A stretch of DNA of 64,000 nt, taken from assembly GCF_018350175.1 (NCBI RefSeq), contig NC_058369.1, forward strand, positions 19,780,001 through 19,844,000. Direction: 5' to 3'. Below, piece after piece: positions 12,041-25,259 of this stretch. Both the position numbers and the translations under genes were made by a program. The first letter of the stretch is position 1. Every line of letters begins with the position of its first letter. The notes beneath the pieces were generated by a model. The model ran no database searches, had not been told where the DNA came from, and worked only from the letters and a program-made list of their open reading frames with translations. The DNA comes from Felis catus. Its lineage: Eukaryota.

Positions 12041-15000
12041 TTCCAAGTGTTACTTCAAATTTTTCTGACTATGGCTCACTGCTTCTTTCCCATGCCTCCT
12101 CCATTCTACTGTTTAGACCATTCAACATTTTTGTTTCTTTGTTGAAATGTTTTTGTTTCTTTGCTGAGACTCTGTAGTTTTTTTCTTCCCATTGGTTTCA
12201 TGCATATTTGTAATTGCTCACTGAAACATTTTTATGATGGCTCCTTTAAAATATTTTCAGATAATTCTAATATCTTTGTTTTCTTTGTGTTGGCATGTAT
12301 TGCTTTTTTTTCCCATTCAATTTCAGATCTTCCTGGTTCTTGGTATGGACCTGGAACTTTGGACATTATGTTATGAGATATTGCTTCTTATTTAAGCCTT
12401 TTGTTTTATTTGGCTTTTCTTGACAATGCTGCTGTAGGAGAAGGAGAGGGTTTGCCTCATTATTGCTAAGTGGGGGCTGAGGGCCATGTTACCCACTCAG
12501 CCTCCATTGACACTGAAGGGTGCACACTCCTGTTATTGTTGATTAGGTGTAGGAATTGTACCTTCCTAGTAGTCTTCCACTGATTATTTAGTGGCTGGAA
12601 AGCATTGCCTTCTGTTCCCCATGTGGTCTCTGATGACACCAGGAGGAGGGTGGTAGTCTTGTTACTGCTTAGCAGTGGTGAAAGCTCCTACTCTGTCTTA
12701 GGCCTCTTTGGACACCACAGTGGAATGATGGAGGAGTCTCATTAATGCTGATTAGGGGCAGAAGTTCAGGTGGGCTCCACTGCCACTGAGTGGTGGGGGC
12801 TTGTTATTGCCCACTTGGGTAGAAAGTCTTGACTCCTAACTTGGCCTTCTCAGACACTATTCCATTGCAAGGTCCAGGTGTGTTATTATAGCCCAATAAA
12901 GGTAGAAGTCCATTCTTTCCAGTTGACCTTCCTTGTGTGGGTGGGAGTTGGGCCACAGCTTTTTTGCGGGAAAGGGTTGATGTTTGGAAGCAATGTAGTA
13001 GTTATTATTGAAAAGTTTTCTTTGTTGACATGCTGACTCTTTCCTGGTTCTTAAGGCTAGAGAGAACATTCTTTTTTTTGTCTGTGCCTATTGGTGTTTC
13101 TAGGTTTCTAGCTTTATCAGATTCAAATAGCAGATGTATAAGGTAAAAGAAAATCTAGGGAATTCACCACTGTATTCTTTCTTGCATCCCAAGGTCCCTA
13201 GTTGGTCCAACTTTCCCCTCTACTTTTCAGACTCTTCTTGTTTTTATAAGATGTATTTATGTCTAGAGTTTTTAATATATGATATATATCATATGCTTTG
13301 TATATGTTATACGTGTTATATGTGTGAAATATCTATATACTTACATATATATTACATATATGTCTCTGTTATATTTATAATGCCCGGAGTTTTTCATTGT
13401 ACTTAGGAGGAATGGTGAAAACTATGTCTTATTCATCTTCCTGGAAGCACATGCTAATCCTGTATCTTTTTAACTTTTTGTTATTCTTCCTTTATAGATA
13501 ATGGGCTGTCATCATTTAGTTTTGGTTACATGCAGTTATGTGTTTTATCCGTTTTAAGTCCATATTTTCCTGTATTAGGATTTCCTGTTGGTATAGGTTA
13601 TCTTTTATTATGGGCTGAAATATAAAATGCATTACTGGTAGACTTGATGTCAGCATCATGGTGCTATAAGATGTCCCTAGTTTTTGTCCTCACCCTCAAC
13701 AACAAATATTCTGTACACAGGGGACCCAGAGAAGTCTCACCCAACTGTGCATTGAGTAATATACAGACCTCAGTCAGCTGTGTACCATGAGGTGACTGTG
13801 TTGTCATCTGGGAGCTTCTGAAGGCCCTTGGGTTCTTCAGACCCTTGGTTACCCTTGGGTAACCATTGGATGAGGAAACATTTGTTGATGTATAGGTTTC
13901 TATAGGTGAAGACCCAGCACTCTTTTGGAGCAGAAAATAAGAGTTTGACATTGGAGTGGGTAATAGGAATAATTTCACTTTACCTGCGTCAACTTTACCA
14001 AAAGGTAGCAATAGATAAAGACCAAAGGAGATCTTTTTAGACCCATGATTTCTCCCTGAGGGCAAGAGAGAGCATGAAAGTGAGCATCCAGCTTTTCCAG
14101 CTTCGTAGATGCTGCCAGAGAGGCTCATTTCTGTCTTGCCATATTCAGAGTCCTAAATTGGGAGTTCCATGATTGAGAGGTGGAGTTTGGGAAAGTGGCA
14201 CATAGAATTTTTGGGTGGCATTAAATAGACGCAGAGCCTACTGTGCAGTAGACTCTATCAAGAAGCCCACCCATTAACTGCTGGGAAAGCCCCCCACTCC
14301 GGATTCCCCCATAGGCCCATAGACATCCTCAGTGCTTTGTGTGCCTCACCTACACACACACCCCCCACACTGTAGCTGGCTTACTGTGCATACTCTTTAA
14401 GGTGGTGGCAAGAGCCAGCTTTGGAACACTGCTCATGAATATATACAGAAAGCACACAGAATCTGTAGTCCAGAGACCACAAACTTGAGCTTTAGTGCCA
14501 CTCTTGGGAAAACATGAGAGAGGCTGTCAGCACTCAACCTGGTGCATTATAGGATCAATAAAGGCATACGTGCTGAAGAATTCTGCCACAAAAGTGAGCA
14601 AGAAGCTTGGAGCAGGTTCGTGGAAGGTCTGAGAATTTTGCAGAGTCTCTAGGAGGGACATTGGAAGGTATTTCTACCCTGGTGGGAATTAGTAAAGACT
14701 GGAGGGGGTGACTGCTACTTCAAATGTGAACACCATAACACAAAACTTCCAAGAAACATGAAAAACCAAGGAAATAAACACCACAAAAGGATCATAAAAA
14801 TTTTTCCAGTAACTGAATCCAAAGACATGGAGATGTACAATTTTTCTGATAAAGAATTCAAAGAGCTGTATTAAGGAAATTTGATGAGCTAAAGAAAACC
14901 CAGAGAGACAGTTCATTGAAATCAGGAAAATAATACATTAACAAAATGAAAAATTTATCAAAGAATTAGAAATAATGAAAAAGAACCAAACAGAAATTCT

Positions 15001-17215
15001 GGGGTTGAAGTATTCAATGAATGAAATGGTAAAAAAAATGCAGTAGAGCACATCAACAGCAGGCTTGATGAAGCAGAAGAAAAAAAATAAGTGAAATTAA
15101 AGATAGGAACTTTAAAATTATCCAGTCAGAGGAGAACTGACTAGAAAAGAAGAAAAAAAAATGAGGAAGAGTGAAGAAAGCCTTTATGATCATTGGCAGC
15201 TATCAGTAGGACAAATTTGTGAATCATTGAAGTTCTAAAAGAAGAAGAAGAAGAAGAGGGCAGAAAGCATATTCATGGCTGATAACTTCCCAAATCTAGG
15301 GAGAAATTCAGACATCCAAGTTCATGAAGTTAATAGGCCACCAGATAAACTGAACGTGAAGAAATCCCTTCTAAGAGACATTATAATAAAACTGTCAAAG
15401 TTACAGACAAGGAGAGATCTTAAAAGCAGCAAGAGAAACAAAATTTGTAACTTACAAAGTACTCCCACCCCTGATTAGGCTGTCAGTGGATTTCTCAGCA
15501 GAAATATTACAGGCCAGAAGAGAGAGAGATAATTATTCCAAGTGGTGAAAGAAAAAAGAACCACACCAACCAAGAATACTTTACCTAGCAGAGCTGTCCT
15601 TCAGAAATTAAAGAGAGATATAAACTTCCCAGCTAAACAAAAGCTGAGGGAATTTATCATCACAAGACCTGCCTTACAAGCAATGCTGAAAGGAGTTCTT
15701 CAAGCTGAAATGAAAGGACCCTAATTAGTAACATGAAAAAATGAAAATATAAAACTCTGGTAAAGGTAAGTATATACTCAAATTCAAAATACTCTAATAC
15801 TATAATATGGTGATATATTAGCTCTAGTGTTAAAAGGTGAGAGTGTTTAAAAAACTATAGCTATAATAATTCAAAGTATAGGTTAATTGTGACATCGAAA
15901 ACAGTAAGAGCAGGGGAGAGTAAAAGAGTAGAGTTTTTGTATATGATCAAAATTAAGTTGTTACTGGCTTAAAATAGACTGTTACAAGTTGTGTTACATA
16001 AATACCATGATAACCACAAAGCAAAAACCTATAGTAGAATCACAGAAGATACAGGTATGGGAATCAAAGCATACCACCATGGAAAATCATCAGTTCATAA
16101 AGGAAGGCAGCCAAGAGATGAAAAAAGGAACAAGGCAGCTATAGAACAACTGGAAACAACAAGATGGTAATTCTTTACCTATCAATAATTACTCTAAATG
16201 TAAATGAATTGAATTCCCTAATCAACAGGCCTAAAGTAGCTAGAATGATTAAAAGACAAGGCCCCATTAATTACATACCACCTTTAAGAGACTTACTTCA
16301 CCTTTAGGGACATACATAAGTTGAAAGTAAAGGGATAGGAAATGATATTTTGTGCAAGTGAAAACCAGAAGAGAGCATAGGTAGTTATATTTACTCCAGG
16401 TAAAATAGACTTTAAGATAAAAATTGTTGACTAGAGACCAAGAAGGTCATTGTATAATGGTAAAGGAATCAGCTCATCAGGAAGATATAGCAATCATATC
16501 TATAGGTGCATCAAAAACTAATATATTAGTATGTAATAAATATATTAAACAGATACAGATTTGAAGGGAAAATTAGATGATAATACAATAGTAAAAGGAC
16601 ACTTCATTACTTCCGTTTCAGCAATAGATTATTCAGACAAAATCAACAAGGAAACACTTGACTTGAACTGAACTTTAGACCAAATGTATCTCACAGACAT
16701 AGATACAACACTTCATTCACCAGCATCAGGATATACATTCTTCTCAACTGAAGATGGAACATTCTTCAGAATAGATCATATGATAGGCCACATAACAAGA
16801 CTTAGCAAATTTAAGAAGATTGAAATTATACTATGTATCTTTTCAGACCACAATGGTATAAAAGTAGAAATCAATAATGGGAAGAAAACTGGAAAATTCA
16901 CAAATATGTGCAAATTAAACAACACAGTTCTGAACAAGCAGTGGGTCAGAAAATCAAAAAGGAAATTAAAAAATATCTTGATACAAATGAAAATGGAAAC
17001 AGCATACCAAAACCTATGGGTTGCTCCAGTGTTGAGACAATTTTATAATAATCAATGCCTTACAATAAGAAAAAAGAAAATGTCAAATAACCCAACTTTA
17101 CACCTCAGTGAACTAGAAAAAGAACCAACTATGCTCAAATTCAGCAGATGGAAGGAAATAAAGATCAGAGTGGGAAAAGTGAAATAGAGACCAGAAAACT
17201 ATAAAAGGATTAACA

Positions 17216-17431
17216 GGGGTGCCTGGGTGGCTCAGTCGGTTGGGCGTCTCACTTAGGCTCAGGTCATGATCTCGTGGTCTGTGAGTTTGAGCCCCACATC
17301 AGGCTCCGGGCTGATGGCTCAGAGCCTGGAGCCTGCTTCGGATTCTGTGTCTCCCTCTCTCTCTGCCACTCCCCTGCTCACACTCTGTCTCTCTCTCTCT
17401 GTCAAAAATAAATAAATACTAAAAAAAAAAA
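17216..17431 (+). mobile_element. Can-SINE inside the L1
   Basis: TSD aaaaggattaaca at 17203-17215 and 17432-17444. Confidence 0.95.
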
Positions 17432-17568
17432 AAAAGGATTAACAAAACTGAGAGCTGTCTTTTTTTTTTTTTTAAGATAAAATTGACAAACGCTTAGATT
17501 AAAGGGAAAAAAAGGAAAGACTCAAAATGAGACATAAAATAGGAAGCATTAAAAATGATACCACAAAA

Positions 17569-18165
17569 GGGTGGCTTAGTTGGTTAAGCATCCGACTCTT
17601 GAATTTTGGTTCAGGTCATGATTGCATGGTCCTGAGATAGAGACCCACGTGGGGCTCTGCACTGGGTGTGGAGCCTGCCTAACATTTTCTCTTGGGGTGC
17701 CTGAGTGGCTTAGTTGGTTGAGTGTCTGACTTTGGCTCAGGTCATGATCTTGCAGTTCGTGGTTTGAGCTTCGATTCAGGTTTTGTACTGACAGCTCCAA
17801 GCCTGGAGCCTGCTTTGGATTCTGTGTCTCCCTCTCTCTCAGCCCCTCCCCTGCTCACACTCCCACCTCTTTCTCTCTCTGTCTCAAAAATAAAACATTA
17901 AAAAAAAATTCTCTCTCCCTTGGGGCACTTGGGTGGCTCAGTCATTTGAGCCACTTCGGCTCAGGTCATGATCTTGCGGGTTCATTAGTTCGAGTCCTGC
18001 ATTAGGCTTGCTGCCGTTGGCCTGTCAGTGCAGAACCTGCTTTAGATCCTCTCTCTGCCCCTCCCCCGCTGTGCACTCCCCCAAATAAATAAATATTTTA
18101 AAAACTTTAAAGATTCTCCCCCTCTACCCCTCTGCCCTCCCTTGCTTGCCCTCTCTCTCTCTCAC

Positions 18166-18197
<32 letters not shown>
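17569..18197 (+). mobile_element. Nested triple Can-SINE: outer SINE split by two inner SINEs (about 17694-17908 and 17923-18107)
   Basis: Outer head at 17569-17690 resumes at about 18108 (agattctccccctct... poly A). Outer TSD aaaaatgRtaccaca. Confidence 0.85.
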
Positions 18198-18200
<3 letters not shown>

Positions 18201-20071
18201 TACCACAGAAATACAAGGGATTATAAGAGAATGCCATGAACAATTATTTGCCAACAAATTGGATAATATAGAGGAAATGGATGAATTCCTAGAAACATGT
18301 AACCTACTAAGGATAAATCAGGAAAAAATAAAAAAAAATATTAATGATCCAGTAATGAGTAAGGAGATTGCATCAGCAATCAGATTCTTCCAGCAAAGAA
18401 AGTTCAGGACCTGATGACTTTACTGGTGAATTCTACCAAACTTTAAAAAATTAATACCAATTCTTCTCTAACTCTTGCAGAAAATTGAAGAGGAGGAAAC
18501 ACTTCCAGGCTCAGTTCATGAGGCCACTAATACCCTGATACCCAAGCCAGATAAGAATGCTAAATGAAAAAGAAAACCAAAGACAGTATCCCTGATGAAT
18601 ACAGATGCAAAAATTCTCAAAAAATTTTAACAATACAAATTTAATAGTACATTTAAAGGCTTTTATGCCATGATAAAATGGGATTTATCCAAGGAATGAA
18701 AGGATGGTTCAACATTATCAAACTAATTAATGTGATACACCTCATTGATAGAATGAAAGATAAAAATCATGTAATCATTTCAGTAGGTGCAGAAAAACCA
18801 TTTTGACAAAATACAAAATCCTTTCATGAATAGAATTCTCAGAAAAGTGGGTTTAGAAGGAACATATCTCAACATAAAAAAGGCCATCATATGACAAACC
18901 CACAGCTGATGTCATACTCAATGGTAAATGGGTTTGAAATGAAAGTTTTTCCTCTAAGATGAGAAACAAGACAAGAATCCTCATTTTCACCACTCCTGTC
19001 CAACATAGTACTGGAAGTCCTAGCCAGAGCAGTCAGGTGAGAAAAGGAAACAGAAGGCATCTAAATCAGAAAGGAAGAAGTAAAATTGTATTTGTTTGCA
19101 GATGATTTGATATATGTAGAAAATCCTAAAGACTCCACCAAAAACCTGCTGAAACTAATCAGCAAATTCAGTAAAATTGCAGGATATAAAATTAACACAC
19201 AGAATTTAGTTGTGTTTCTTACTCTCTAACAATGAAATATTTGAAAAAGAAATACAGGCAACAGTGCTATTCAAAATAGGATTGAAAACAAGCAGATGGT
19301 TAGGAATAAATTTAACCAAGGAGGTGAAATATCTGTATACTGAAAACTATAAAATGAATTACTGGAGTCTAGTTGCTGATGGCCTTGTGTGGTATAGATT
19401 TATTTTTGGTAGTGATGTGGGCCAAAGAGTATATATAAAAGAATTGAGACCATTTGTGTTGTATTTGAAGGGTTTCATACATCAGGGAAAAATAACGAAA
19501 CACTGATTGCAAAACTTCATTTTTTTTTAAACAATACATCTTTTTGTACCTTAGGAATTGAAATCAAATTATGGCAAATATCAAAATGGAAACTATTTAG
19601 AAAGAATAAAAAGAGAAATATTTATGGAAACTTCCAAATTGGTTCATTCTGGTGAATATAAATGTTTGTCAGAGTCCGAGAATTGTTTCTCTAGCTCAGA
19701 GCTGGGTAATGTATAAGTTGTTGGTTAGGGGATAGTTTTGTAGATACATGCCAAGCTTTGTATATAAGTCTATATCCTGAGAGTGATTAGGTGGAATATT
19801 TCCAATCTGTAACTTAAAATAATCTTTTTGGTTGTTGCTTAAGATCACAGTTTTCACCTGAAGATAGACTCTGAGTGCAAATGACAATGAAATTCCTATC
19901 TAATGTGTATAGTTTGTGCAATTTTGCATTCTTAATATGCAAAGTGGTTGCTACATTAAGAGTTCTACTGTATTGTTGATTTCCATGCTGAAATCTGGCT
20001 GCTATTTTAGTATATATGTGATGTTAATCAGAAATTGCTTTTTCTAATGGGAAATCTTTTCTCTTTTACAG

Positions 20072-20127
20072 GGTATCTTTCCTGTAAATTATATTCACTT
20101 GAAAAAGGCAATTGTCAGTAATAGGGG
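20072..20127 (+). CDS. DOCK3: DOCK3 internal coding exon (equivalent to human exon 4; C-terminal end of the SH3 domain), 56 nt, phase 0 to 2
   Basis: Acceptor tttctcttttacAG (AG at 20070-20071) and donor GTgagt at 20128. Translates GIFPVNYIHLKKAIVSNR+GG, matching recalled human DOCK3 GIFPANYIHLKKAIVSNRG. Splices in frame to the exon at 51069. Confidence 0.95.
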
Positions 20128-20704
20128 GTGAGTAGTTGGCCTTACTAAATTTATTCATAATTTTTATAGATTGTGGATGAAGGCTTTTTTTCATTTTGGT
20201 TTGTAGTATAAAATGTGCTATTAACATGTTTTCCTGCCAAAAATAAGTTTGCTTTATCATGTATAATATAATATATAATTCTGAGAATATAACTATTTCT
20301 TAAAATACTGACAACTTTAATATCTTTTCTTCTGTACCTGAAAGGTAACCTGGGTTGTGAATTTTCTAAAAACATAATGCATGCAGTATGTTTTTAATAA
20401 TTTATTACTTTGAGAATAGGTTCTGATAGGATAACAAGTACAATCTCTGAATAGAAGAGAGCAAGATGTAAATACATCAAAGTGTTAACATTTGTTGTTT
20501 TTGCACATTCACATTGTGAGTGACTTTTAGAAATTCTTTACTGTCATGCTCTAATTTTAAAAGTAATAAATATGTGTTATTATAAAATTATGATTTTATT
20601 TTCCAGAATTTATCATTTTAAAATATAAAATTTAAGGTACTATATAAGTGTGATAGCTTTTGGTACTAGAAATAATGTTTTTGAACAGAGGTTGAGTAAG
20701 CATC

Positions 20705-21240
20705 AGAGTTTAGTTAGGGCTTAATCAGGAAACAAGAACTTATGAGTCGCTTTACAAGGTAGAATTTAATATGGGTTATTGTTTACATACATGTTTGAAA
20801 ATGAAAAAAAAGAGGAAATACTGATGTAACCAAAAATAATAACTACAGAAAGAAGTCTATACTCTGTAGGCTGGGGATACAAAAGATAATGGGCTGGGGA
20901 TACTAGAACTCAGGATCTGAGAAGATGGGTCTTGAGATACTGGAGCTCAAACATCTGAGGAGTAAGAACATCACATGGCTGTTGCTGGTATATATGAAGA
21001 AGGGCAGTGAGGCTCTTTCTGGGAATGCCAATAACAACTGGAGGCTGGGACCTATTTTCTCCGGTTAGGAACTGTGTATAGGAACAGCAAGAAACACTTC
21101 TTCTTATCTCCTTTTCCCCAGTATCTTTCAGGTGCCCCCAGTAGACAGAGGAGCTTGTGAGGCAAAGTTGGCAAATCCCAGCCTCAGAGTCAGTGCCTAG
21201 AAGGGTGGATTAAGAGATGAGAGGTATTATTAGGTGACTG
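20705..21240. mobile_element. Possible ancient ERVL/MaLR-type solo LTR
   Basis: ttagggcttaatcaggaaacaagaac...gaatttaatatggg resembles MLT-group LTR ends; highly diverged. Confidence 0.4.
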
Positions 21241-21960
21241 GTATGCATTCTAAGATAAAATTTGTTATTGAGGAATAGTAAGCCTGTAAGAAGATTCTGA
21301 TATGAATGCATGATCAGCATACCTTTCTTGTATTCTCCTTCTTCTTTTATAAAATATCAAAGACAAACGGATATAGAGAAAGGAAACTTGAAAATCCTCT
21401 TTTAGTGAACATTTGCAACAAATAGTCTATCTCAAATTTATAGGAAAGGATTGCCAAAATCATCAAGACTGTATAGAAGTTGTGTGGAAAAAGGAAGAGA
21501 GAGTGTCTAGACCTGGACCAGGAAGGCATATATTTCTGAAAGTACTAATAATGTGAATAATAATTTCTGAATGTGAATAGCTCACCTCAAAATGCAAAAT
21601 ATAATGCAAAAATACAAAATTCAAAAATAATGCCCCTGATTTATAACACTTAGTTCAGTAATAAGACTGATAAGAGCTGAAATTGACAGAAACTGCATGG
21701 AAGTGAGATGAGACAAGGAGATAGAATGTTTAGGGATCTAGAAATAGAGTACCTCAGAAAATGCTAGCAAAATAATACACTTCCTGATTGATAACCAGGG
21801 ACTCATCTTAAATCCAAGAGCAATGTTCCCTGTTTATAATAGTTGTAAAGGAAATTAAGGACCACTTTGTTAGCAGAAAAATCTCTACCTCGATTCAGTT
21901 TGTTTCTGGAAGGCAAAGGAGATATGGCTTAAATAATTATACAGAGCAGCCATATTTGTT

Positions 21961-22155
21961 TTTCTTTTTTTTTAATGTGTAAGAGAATTGGTTTGATTTC
22001 TTTTTTAAAATTTTTTTATTATGAAATTTATTGTCAAATTGGTTTCCATACAACACCCAGTGCTCATCCCAACAGGTGCCCTCAGTACCCATCACCCACC
22101 CACCCCTTCCTCCCACCCCCCATAAACCCTCAGTTTGTTCTCAGTTTTTAGGAGT
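21961..22155 (-). mobile_element. Short 5'-truncated felid L1 3' end with a double tail
   Basis: L1 3'UTR (cccagtgctcatccc, tttattgtcaaattggtttcc). Exact 19-bp TSD cagagcagccatatttgtt at 21942-21960 and 22156-22174. Confidence 0.93.
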
Positions 22156-22364
22156 CAGAGCAGCCATATTTGTTGGAAGCACACTTTCTCTAAGGAAGCA
22201 GAGAAATCGTTTTTTTGATGTAAATTTTAGAAAGCTACGTAGAATCAATTCAGTAGTCAAACCTCCCACAGTTTGATGGTCCTAAATAATATTTCTGAAA
22301 TCTGAAGAAAGTATTAAAAAATTGTCTTTAGGTACTGAAATGCAATCAATGTAGGGAGGATCTT

Positions 22365-22590
22365 TTTTCCCCCGTTTTTATTTAAATTCCAGTTAGTTAA
22401 CATATAGTGTAATATTAGTTGCAGGTGTAGAATGTAGTGATTCATCACAAGTGCCCTCCTTAATCCCCGTCACCTATTTGACCCCTCCCCGCATCCACCT
22501 CCCCTCAGGTAACCATCAGTTAATTCTCTATAGTTAAGTGTCTGTTTCTTGGTCTCTCTCTTTCTGTCGGTCTCTCTCTTTCTCTCTTTA
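22365..22590 (-). mobile_element. Carnivore L1 3' end fragment
   Basis: tttaaattccagttagttaacata...ctatagttaag; TSD ggaggatctt. Confidence 0.85.
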
Positions 22591-23509
22591 AAATTTTGGA
22601 GGATCTTGGGGAATTTTGATCCTTGAAGGAAGGGATTAATACAGGAAGAGTTCATGTTTATTTTGGCTTTTTTTCCACAGAGAATTTTTCAGTTTGCTGT
22701 CAACTGGTGGAGCAGATTCCAAACAGAAAGTGGTAGTCTTTCAGGGATGAGGAAACAGGCTGGAGTTTGGAACTCTCAGGGAGATTGGAAAGTAAGAGGT
22801 TAAAACCTGGAGAGAAGAGAACCTCAGAGAATTAGGGTCTTAATCTGTTTGCAAATTCCCCTTAAGTAATTGAGTTAGTTCTAGCTTCTTTTGAGCTATG
22901 TAAGAGTTGAAGAATCTTAGAGAGTACAGCTAGCAAACTGAATAGACTTCACCAGCCACTTAATATTGGTGACAAAAATATTAGAGTTCAAGGACTGGCA
23001 AGTTATAGGGGCCTTGGGAAAGTATTTTGGACTTTTTGTTGAGATTGCTAAAGGAACATACCCTGTAAATAAGGGCTATGCCCTTGGATAAAGGACCAAA
23101 CTAAAGATATATAGGGCAAAAGTGAGATAGTCTAGCCATAACAAAGCGTAAACATCTGAAAACAAGGGATGTTAGAAGAATACTGTCATTCAGAAATAGC
23201 CAGTATAATATGTTAATGTGATTTCCCATTTTTTTAATACATGGTATTTTTACTCTGTTCCCTGTTATGAGTTAATTCTCCTTTATCATTTTTTCTCCCC
23301 CACTCTTATAAATATTACATTGATGATATATCTCTTTTTGGTATCCTTTTTCTTCCTTAATTTCTATGGCTATTCTTGTTCCATTCTTCCTCTTGGGCCT
23401 CCCTTCATCATTCTTCTCTGGCTCCTATTCCAAGCCCTTAATCCATGAGCTTTATCTCTACTCTAATCCTTTATGTGCAAAATGTGCCTTTTTTGTTCAG
23501 GTAGAGTAA

Positions 23510-24560
23510 GGTAGACAGTTTCACTACAGTGTGTGAAGGTGACGTCAGTAAAAGGAGATGAGTCCAGAGTGGCAGCAAAGGAATAAATATTGTAGGGCCT
23601 TGTAGGCTATGTCAGGGGTGTTATCTTTTATTGAATGATCCTGGAAGTCACTAAAAACTTTCAGAAAGAGAAGGGACATATTTTTAATTTTAAAAGTGTT
23701 ATTCTGGGCTGCTTTGTTGAAACTAGAACTATAGTGGGGAAAGGTCAGAAGCAAGGAGACTTGGTAGAATACTATAGAGGTCCATGGAAGACAGAATGAT
23801 AGCTTGGATACACATGTTCCCTGGTGTGATGAGAAGTGGTAAGGTGCCATATATTTTGAAGTTAGAGCTGACAGTATTTGTTGAGCATGTAGAGTAGACA
23901 AAAAAGGAATTGAAGATGACTTCAGGGTTTTTTGTCTTAATAACTCTGGAGATGTGGTTGCCATTCACAGAAATGTGGAAGCTTGGGAAGGGATATATTT
24001 TGGGGAGGAAATCAAAGGATTCAATTTTGGACATGTTAAGTTTAAAATGACTCTTAGACTCAAGTGGAGATATTAGGTAAGCAGTTGACCATGAATGTGG
24101 AGTTCTGAGGAGTTTGGCGCTTCAAACATAGATTTGGAAGTCATCAGCATTCAAATGGTATTTTAAACTACGGGGCTGGATGAGAACAGTAAAGGAATTT
24201 CTGTAGATGGAGAAGTGAGGCGAAGACAGAATACCGGGGAACTGTAATGTTTACAGATAAAGTGAAGAAGAGAATCAGAAGAATCTAAAAAGTTGTGGCC
24301 AGTGAGGCACGTAGAGAAATGAAACAGTAGTGTCTTGGAGACCAAGCAAAGAAAGTATTTAGAGGATGGACTAATCAAATATGTCTGGTGTTGTTGAGTA
24401 AGATTGAAGATCTAGTTAGGAGCGGTTGGGGTAGACTAGTAAGAATGAAAACCCAATAAGAAGAAATTTTAGAGAGAATGAAAGAAGAGGAAGTAGAATA
24501 CAGGAAAGAGTCATGAGCCAAAGACTTAAGACTCTTATAACCATAACTGAAGGGCAGATG
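23510..24560 (-). mobile_element. L2 LINE fragment
   Basis: Purine-rich L2 antisense motifs gtagggccttgtaggc, gaagatgacttcagggtttt and ttcaattttggacatgttaagttt. Confidence 0.8.
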
Positions 24561-25029
24561 GCAACATAATTTGGTTTTGGGATAAATTCTTCTATGTAAT
24601 CCTTTTTTAAAAATCATCAGACTCTTCTTACCTAATTTTTTATTTTGAAAAATTTCAAATCTCTACACAGATTACAAGAATAATATAAATAACACCTATA
24701 TCCTTTCCCCTGAATTTAGTAGTTACGAGCATTTTGCCATATTAAGCTCATGTTCTCTCCCCAGCCTTGCTTTTAACATGAGAGTAAGTTTTAGACATTC
24801 TAATACTTTACTGTTAAATATTTGAGTATGTGTCTTCTAAGAAAAAGGACATTCTTTAACATGATCACAATATAATTATTACACTCAAGAAATTTACCAT
24901 TGATACTAGTACTATAATATATCTAGTTCATATTCAAATATCCCTAATTTTCCCAAGAATGTCCTTTTTATAGCCGTTTTTGTTTGATTGCTTTTTTTGG
25001 TGGGGGTATGGTCTAGGAGTCAAAAAATT

Positions 25030-25250
25030 AAGTATTTTCAGGCTTTCAGTTATGAGATAAATAAGTCATGGGGGGGAAAGGTACAGCATAAAGAATACAG
25101 TCAATGCTTTTGTAATAGTGTTGTTTGGTGACAGATGATAGCTACACTTGTGGTGAGCATAGTGTAATACATAGAGAAATTGAATTACTATGTAGTTCAC
25201 CTGAAACTAATGTAACATTCTGTGTCAACTATACTGAATGAAAAAAAATT
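25030..25250 (+). mobile_element. Older carnivore/L1MA-type L1 3' end
   Basis: ttcagttatgagataaataagtcatggg...cacctgaaactaatgtaacatt plus A tail. Confidence 0.8.
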
Positions 25251-25259
25251 TAAATCTTC

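Larger units (their letters stand above)
3760..13450 (-). mobile_element. Ancient LINE-1 (L1MC/MD-like) scaffold, from the RT region to the 5' end, fragmented by more than 12 later insertions
   Basis: Collinear antisense ORF2, ORF1 and 5'-end-like segments resume after each insertion (3760-4260, 4695-4890, 5095-5235, 6730-7790, 8290-9100, 9575-9880, 12040-13450). Confidence 0.6.
13670..19355 (+). mobile_element. Old LINE-1: 5'UTR, ORF1 and ORF2 (endonuclease and RT); 3' end missing; decayed
   Basis: ORF-track fragments MADNFPNLGRNSDIQVHE and QKLREFIITRPALQAMLKGVL (ORF1), YTFFS..GTFFRIDHMIGH..FSDHNGIK (endonuclease), [18 protein letters not shown] (RT). Many stops and frameshifts. Confidence 0.9.

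Noticed and set aside
23545..24034. 139-aa and 101-aa minus-strand ORFs
   Set aside because: They lie within an L2 remnant, with no recognisable host protein or splice structure.
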